A DNA stretch of 63,780 nucleotides, filler included, from Chiloscyllium plagiosum (taxonomy: Eukaryota), in NCBI RefSeq assembly GCF_004010195.1. It is 4 parts of one record of this genome, joined end to end, with 100 filler letters (N's around TTAATTAATTAA, not from the genome) between each part and the next. Parts side by side here need not be neighbours in the genome. Positions count along the whole stretch, not along the records: positions 42,092 to 60,531 come from NC_057711.1; positions 60,632 to 63,780 come from NC_057711.1; 2 more parts are not named here. The stretch is one strand, 5' to 3'. Shown here piece after piece: positions 57,035-63,780 of this stretch. Each line of letters opens with the position of its first letter. The stretch's first letter is position 1. The position numbers and the translations under genes are program-made. The notes beneath the pieces were generated by a model, which saw only the letters and a program-made list of their open reading frames with translations, was not told the origin of the DNA and made no database searches.

Positions 57035-59082
57035 TGACCTTATGGTGGAGGAAAGGTCATTGATGAAGCAGCTGAAGATGGTTGGGCCTTGGATACCACC
57101 CTGAGGAACTCCTGCAGAGATGTCCTGGAGCTGAGATGACTGACCTCCATCCAATATGACCATCTTCCTTTGTTCCAATTATGACTCCAGCCAGTCCAGA
57201 GTGTGCCCTCTGATTCCCATTGATTCCAGTTTTTTAAGAGGTCCTTTATGTCACACAGCCTTGACGTCACACTCACTATTACTGTGCTAAATGGGGCAAA
57301 CCTCAGATACCATAGCAACTGAAGGCTGGGCATTCATCGAGCTGTGGGCCATCAACAGCAGCAGAACTGTGCTCCAGCACAATCTGTAACCTCATGGCCC
57401 GGCATATCCCCCACTCACCCATTACCATCAAGCCAGGGGATCAACCCTGGTTCAGTGGAGAGTGCAGGAGGGCATGCCAGGACCAGCACCGGGCATTCCC
57501 ACACATGAAGTGTCAGCCTGGTGAAGCTACCAAACAGGACTACTTGCATGCCAAATGGCATAAACAGTAAGTGATAGACAGAGCTAAGCGATCCCACAAC
57601 CAACGGATCAGATCTACGCTCTGCAGTCCTGCCACATCCAGCCTTGAATGTTGGTGGGCAATTAAACAACTCAATGGAGGAGGAGGCTCCACAAATAACC
57701 CCATCCTCAATGACGGAAACGCCCAGCACATCAGGGCAAAAGATAAGGCTGAAGCTTTTGCAGCAATCTTCAGTCAGCAGTGCTGAGTGGATGATCCATC
57801 TCAGCTTCCTTCAATGGTCCCTAGCATTACAGATACCAGTCTTCAGCCAATTTGATTCACTCCATGTGATATCAAGAAATTGTTGGAGACACTGAATATT
57901 GCAAAGACCATGGGCCCTGACAACATTCCAGCAATAATGCTGATGATATGTGTTCCAGAACTTGCTGCTCCCCTAGCTAAGCTGTTCCAGTACACTTCCA
58001 AAATTGACATCTATCGACAATGTGGAAAATTGCCCAGGTATGTCCTGTACATAAAAAGCTCAACAAATCAAACCCGTCAATTTCTGCCTTGATCAGTCTC
58101 CTCTCGATCATCAGTAAAGTGCTGGAAGGTATCATCAACAGAGCTATCAAGCAGCACCTGCTCAGCAATAACCTGCTCATTGACATCCCATTTGGGTTCC
58201 GCCAGGGCCACTCAGCTCCTGATTTCATTACAGCCTTGGTTCAGACATGGACAAAACAGCTGAATCCCAGATGGGAGAGTGACAGCCCTTGACATCAAAG
58301 CTACATTCAACTGAGTGCGGCATCAAGGAGACCTAGAAAAAAACTAGAGTCAATGGGTGTAGGGGCAAAACTTTCCACTGGTTGGAGTCATCACTAACTA
58401 TTGGAAGATGGTTGTGGTTGTTGGAAATCAGTCATCTCAGCTCCAGGACATCTCTGCAGGAGTTCCTCAGGGTAGTATCCAAGGCCCAACCATCTTCAGC
58501 TGCTTCACGAATGACCTTCCCTCCATCATAAGGTCAGAAGTGAGGATGTTCCCCAATGATTGCACAATGTTCAGCACCATTCGCAACTCCTCAGATACTG
58601 AAGCAGTCCATGTTCATATGCAACAAAATCCGGACAATATTTAGACTAACAAGTGGCAAGTAACATTTGCACTACACAAATGCCAGGCTTTGACCATCAC
58701 CAATAAGAGACAATCTAACCAGCACTCCTTGACACTCAATGGCGTTACCATCACCGAATCCCCCATTATCAACATCCTGCGGGTTTCCATTGACAAGAAA
58801 CTCAACTGGATTCACCACATAACCACAGTGGCTACAAGAGTAGGTCAGAAGCTAAGAATACTGTGGTGAATAATTCACCTCCTGTCACCCCAAAGCCTGT
58901 CCACCATTTACAAGACACAAGTCCAAGTATGATGGACTATTCCCCACTTGCCTGGATGATGGCAGCTCCACCATCACTCAAGAAGTTTGACGCCATCTAG
59001 GCCAAAGCAACCCGTTTAACAGGCAGCAATCCAAAACATCCACTCCCTCCACCACTGACGTTCAGTAGCAGCAGTGTGTAGT
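57035..59082 (+). mobile_element. Decayed LINE ORF2 of a second L2/CR1-superclade family, with an inverted 5' piece (57035-57265)
   Basis: GPDNIPA, WKIAQVCPVHKK, ISLLSIISKVLEG, FGFRQGHS, GVPQGSIQGP; 57040-57200 is an antisense copy of 58380-58530. Confidence 0.82.
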
Positions 59083-59099
59083 TGTTAGGTCTCTAGCGC

Positions 59100-60905
59100 T
59101 GGTTGGATGGATGGACAGGAGATTTTGTGGTCAGGAACGGGACTCCTGGAAGGTATGTTGCCTCCCTGGTGTCAGGGTCCAGGATGTCGCCAATCGGGTT
59201 TACAAGATTCTGAGGGGGGTGGTGAGCAGCCAGAAATCGTGGTACATACTGGCACCAACGGTATAGTCAAGAAAGGGATTGAGGATCTGAAAAGTGAATA
59301 CAGAGAGCTAGGTTGGAAGCTGGAGAGCAGGACAAGTAGAGTAGTGATCTCAGGATTGCTACCGGTGCCACGAGATAGTGAGGTGAGGAACAGGCAGCAA
59401 ATATAGCTTAACACGTGGCTGCGAGGCTGGTGCAGGAGGGAGGGCTTCAGATACCTAGACCATGATACCTTCTGGGGAAGGTGGGACCTGTACATGAAGG
59501 ACAGGTTGCACCTGAACTGGAGGGGCACAAATGTCCTGGGTGGGAGATTTGCTTGTGTGATTCGGGAGGGTTTAAGATAGTTTGGCGGGAGGGTGGGAAT
59601 TAGAGTCACATGTCTGAAAGGGGGTCAGTTGCAGACGGGACAGTGACAGGATGTAGTGAATCGATCAGGAAGGTTTCTCACGCAATGAAGCAAAGGGATT
59701 GGTTAAAGTGTGTCTGCTTTAACACAAGGAGTTCTGAAATAAGAGTGACGAACTTAGAGCATGGATCAGTACTTGGGGCTACGATGTTGTGGCCATTACG
59801 TGGGTTTCACAAGGGCAGGAATGATTGTTTGATGTTCCAGGGTTTAGAACTTTTAAAAAGAATAGGGAGGGTGGAAAAAGAGGGGGTGTAGCATTGCTAA
59901 TCAGAGAGTGCATCATAGTTACAGAAACAAAGGTTGTTGAGGAAGGTTTGTCTACTGAGTCAGTGTGGATGGGAGTTAGGGACAGCAAGGGAACAGCCAC
60001 CTCATTGGGGGTTTTCTACAGACCCCCTAATAGCAGTAGGGAGATTGAAGATCTCACAGGCGGGCAGATTCTGGAAAAATGCAGATGTAGCAGGGTTGTT
60101 ATGGGTGACTTCAACTTTCCCAATATCGACTGGAACCTCCTCAGTGCGGAACTGCTGTTGGTACTTCAGTTGTTGGTAAAGTGTTGGACAAGGTGATAAG
60201 GGATAGGATTTATTATCATCTAGAAAAGAATAATTTGATTAGGGATAGTCAGCACGGTTTTGTGAAGGGTAGATCGTGCATCACAAACCTTACTGAGTTC
60301 TTTGAGAAGGTGACCAAACAGGTAGATGAGAGTAAACCGGTTGATGTGGTGTATATGGATTTCAGCAAGGCGTTCAATAAGGTTCCCCACAGTAGGCTAT
60401 TGTACAAAATGCGGAGGAATGGGGTTGTGGGAGATATAGCAGTTTGGATCAGTAATTGGCTTGCTGAAAGAAGACAGAGGGTGGTGGTTGATGGGAAATG
60501 TTCATCCTGGAGTCCAGTTACCAGTGGTGTANNNNNNNNNNNNNNNNNNNNNNNNNNNNNNNNNNNNNNNNNNNNTTAATTAATTAANNNNNNNNNNNNN
60601 NNNNNNNNNNNNNNNNNNNNNNNNNNNNNNNGAGGGCAAAGATATAAAAGAGACCTAAGGGGCAACTTTTTCATGCACAGGGTGATATGTGTATGGAATG
60701 AGCTGCCAGAGGATGTGGTGGAGGCTGGTACAATTGCAACATTTAAGAGGCATTTGGATAGGTATATGAATAGGAAGGGTTTGGAGAGATAAGGGCTGGG
60801 CGCTGGCAGGTGGGACTAGATTGGGTTGGGATATCTGGTCGGCATGGACGGGTTGGACCGAAGGGTCTGTTTCCATGCTGTACATCTCTGTGACTCTATG
60901 ACTCT
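59100..60905 (+). mobile_element. CR1 (ORF1 end, endonuclease, internal deletion, RT, gap, 3' end)
   Basis: [45 protein letters not shown]; ctctatgactct tail. Confidence 0.88.
60532..60631. other. Assembly gap with TTAATTAATTAA linker
   Basis: Directly visible. Confidence 0.97.
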
Positions 60906-61756
60906 GACAGAATTCTCATTTAAAATTTCCACCACTATCCAAACCTCCAACAGAATGGTTTAATATTCTTACAATTAGCCCCCCTTGGGTTTCCTTAACA
61001 AAAACATGACACTATTTCAAACACAAAACAAAATTGGGCCTGATTTCACTGGAGCTTAGAAAAATGAGAGGCCATCTCATTTAAATATATATGGTTCTAA
61101 CAGGGCTGTACAGACTGGAAGTAGGAGTGCTGTTTCGCTATCTGAGGAGTCGTGATAAAGGGATCATAATTTCAGGATACCTGGTGGGCCAACTCAGACT
61201 GAGATGATGAGAAATTTCTTCATGCAGAGGTTGGTGAACTGCATGCAATATTCCAACAGTGGCCTAACTGAGCAGATGAATGCATGGCTGAGGAGCTGGT
61301 TGAAGGTATGGGAGAAGGATTCACATTCTTTGGATCATTGGAATCTCTTTTGGTGTAGAAGTGACCTGTATAAGAAGGACGGATTGCATCTAATTTTGAA
61401 GGGGACTAATATACTGGCAGGGAGATTTGCGAGAGCTGCTCAGGAGGATTTAAACTAGTAAGTGGAGGAGGGTGGGACCCAGGAGATAGTGAGAAAAGAG
61501 ATCAATCTGAGACTGGTACAGTTGAGAACAGAAGCGATTCAAACAGTCAGGGCAGGCAGGGACAAGGTAGGACTAACAAATTAACCTGCATTTATTTCAA
61601 TGCAAGGGGCCTAACAGGGAAGGCAGATGAACTCAGGGCATGGTTAGGAACATGGGACTGGGATATCATAACAATTACAGAAACAGGGCTGAGGGATGGA
61701 CAGGACTGGCAGCTTAATGTTCCAGGATACAAAAGCTACAGGAAGGATAGAAAGGG

Positions 61757-61831
61757 NNNNNNNNNNNNNNNNNNNNNNNNNNNNNNNNNNNNNNNNNNNN
61801 NNNNNNNNNNNNNNNNNNNNNNNNNNNNNNN
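61757..61831. other. Plain 75-N assembly gap adjoining a PLE pLTR arm
   Basis: Ns followed by ctcctgttccctggatgctgcctgacc. Confidence 0.95.
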
Positions 61832-62125
61832 CTCCTGTTCCCTGGATGCTGCCTGACCTGCTGCGCTTTTCCAGCAACACATTTCCAGCTTTTATTATAG
61901 ACCCCCTAATAGTCAGAGGGAAATTGAGAAACAAATGAGTAAGGAGATCTCAGCTATCCGTAAGAATAATAGGGTGGTTATGGAAGGGGATTTTAACTTT
62001 CCAAACATAGACTGGGATTGCCATAGTGTTAAGGGTTTACATGGAGAGGAATTTGTTAAGTGTGTACAAGAAAATTTTCTGATTCAGAATGTGGATGTAC
62101 CAACTAGAGAAGGTACAAAACTTGT

Positions 62126-62550
62126 ATGTTGCCTGGAATGGAGAATAGGTCGTACGAGGATAGGTTGAGAGTGCTAGTCCTTTTCTCATTGGAACGGCGA
62201 AGGATGAGGGGTGACTTGATAGAGGTTTATAAGATGATCAGAGGAATAGATAGAGTAGACAGTCAGAAACTTTTCCCCCGGGTACAACAGAGTGTTACAA
62301 GGGGACATAAATTTAAGGTGAAGGGTGGAAGGTATAGGGGAGATGTCAGGAGTGGGTTCTTTACCCAGAGAGTGGTGGGGGCATGGAATGCGCTGCCTGT
62401 GGGAGTGGTAGAGTCAGAATCTTTGCTGACCTTTAAGCGGCAATTGGGTAGGTACATGGATGGGTGCTTAAGCTAGGACAAATGTTCGGAATAACATCGT
62501 GGGCCGAAGGGCCTGTTCTGTGCTGTATTGTTCTATGTTCTATGTTCTAT
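62126..62550 (+). mobile_element. Young 5'-truncated CR1, same subfamily as 42109-43266
   Basis: ORF 62126..62476 nearly identical to the end of ORF 42109..43191; (tatgttc)n tail. Confidence 0.9.
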
Positions 62551-63417
62551 ACTTAAGAGGGAAATCAGGAGGGCAAAACGAGGACGTGAGATAGCTTTGG
62601 CAAATAGAATTAAGGAGAATCAGAAGGGTTTTTACAAATACATTAAGGAGAGAATCCAAAGGGTTTTTACAAATACATGAAGGACAAAAGGGTAACTAGG
62701 GAGAGGATAGGGCTTTTGCCCGAAAGAACGATTTTCCTGCTCCTCAGATGCTGCGTGACCTGCTGTGCTTTTCCAGCACCACTCTGATCTAAACCCCTCA
62801 GAGATCAGCAAGGCAGCCTTGTGTGGAGCCCACACAAAATGGGGAAGTGCTGGATGTCTAGAAACGCATGAAGGTGGATAAATCCCCAGGACCTGATCTG
62901 GTGTACTCTAGAACTCTGTGGGAAGCTGGAGAAGTGATTGCTGGGCATCTTGCTGAGATATTTGTATCATCGATAGTCACAGGTGAGGTGCCGGGGGACA
63001 GGAGGTTGGCTAACATGGTGCCTCTGTTTAAGAAGGGTGGTCAGGACAAGCCAGGGAACTATAGACTAGTGGGCCTAATAAGTTGTGGGCATGTTGTTGG
63101 AGGGAATCCTGAGGGACAGGATGTACATGTATTTGGAAGGGCAAGGGCTGATTAGGGATCATCAACGTGGCTTTGTGTGTGGGAAGTCATGTCTCACAAA
63201 CTTGATTGAGATTTTTGAAGGAGTAACAAAGAGGATTGATGAGGGCAGAGCGGTAGATGTGATCTACATGGACTTCAGTAAGGCATTCGACAAGGTTCCC
63301 CATGGGACACTGTTGAGCAAGGTTAGATCTCACAGAAAACAGGGAAAACTAGCCATTTTGATACAGAAGTTGCAAAAAGGTAGAAGACAGAGGGTGGTGG
63401 TGAAGGGATGTTTTTCA

Positions 63418-63780
63418 GGAGAAAGTGAGGTCTGCAGATGCTGGAGATCAGAGCTGAAAAATGTGTTGCTGGAAAAGCGCAGCAGGTCAGGCAGCATCCA
63501 AGGAGCAGGAGAATTGACGTTTCAGGCATAAGCTCTTCTTCAGGAATGAAGAAGGTGTGCCAAGCAAGCTAAGATAAAGGGTAGGGAGTAGGGACTTAGG
63601 GGAGGGGCATTGGGAATGCGATAGGTGGAAGGAGGTTAAGGAGAAGGTGATAGGCCGGAGAGGGGGTGGAGGCGGAGAGGTCGGGAAGAAGATTGCAGGT
63701 CAAGAAGGCGGTGCTGAGTCCAAGGGTGGGGACTGAGAAAAGGTGGGGGGAGGGGAAATGAGGAAGCAGGAGAAATCAGC
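63418..63780 (-). mobile_element. Penelope-like element 3' end/pLTR, running off the window
   Basis: ggagaaagtgaggtctgcagatgctggag terminus; minus-strand hammerhead CTGAAGA-AGAGC-TTAT-GCCT-GAAA-CGTC at 63511-63547. Confidence 0.82.

Larger units (their letters stand above)
61050..63416 (+). mobile_element. Decayed CR1 mosaic (ORF1 end, endonuclease, RT) with nested inserts
   Basis: [37 protein letters not shown]. Confidence 0.85.

Noticed and set aside
60973..61011. Possible 39-nt minus-strand exon (CHVFVKETQGGLI) with AG/GTAAGA boundaries
   Set aside because: Phase 0-0 is compatible, but it is too short to show family similarity and lies beyond a gap among repeats; not supportable without RNA data.

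Overview
Eukaryotic genomic DNA, most likely from a shark or ray (inferred from HE1-type V-SINEs and elasmobranch-like CR1 families). The window is dominated by decayed, nested retroelements: many CR1 LINE pieces (SGNH-esterase ORF1, APE endonuclease, RT), one end-to-end L1-clade LINE, Rex1/Babar and other LINE fragments, Penelope-like elements (PLEs), six tRNA-derived SINEs and microsatellites. There are four assembly gaps, three carrying an artificial TTAATTAATTAA linker. On the minus strand I could reconstruct four GT-AG, phase-compatible exons (52670-52551, 47327-47276, 29820-29747, 8729-8505) plus a polyA signal. They encode the C-terminal VWC and cystine-knot (CTCK) domains of a VWF/otogelin/gel-forming-mucin-family protein, with a non-canonical knot (CEDRC for CxGxC, CGYC for CxCC). 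The most striking non-genic pattern is a set of short PLE-derived foldback insertions bounded by 9-18 bp target-site duplications, most with minimal hammerhead-ribozyme motifs near the fold axis; several hammerhead cores are intact. Also present: a 229-bp templated inverted insertion, a ~409-bp identical tract between two decayed CR1 copies 36.7 kb apart, and an L1 lacking both its YADD motif and its endonuclease domain. Repeat boundaries are approximate; exon, TSD and ribozyme coordinates were read base by base.
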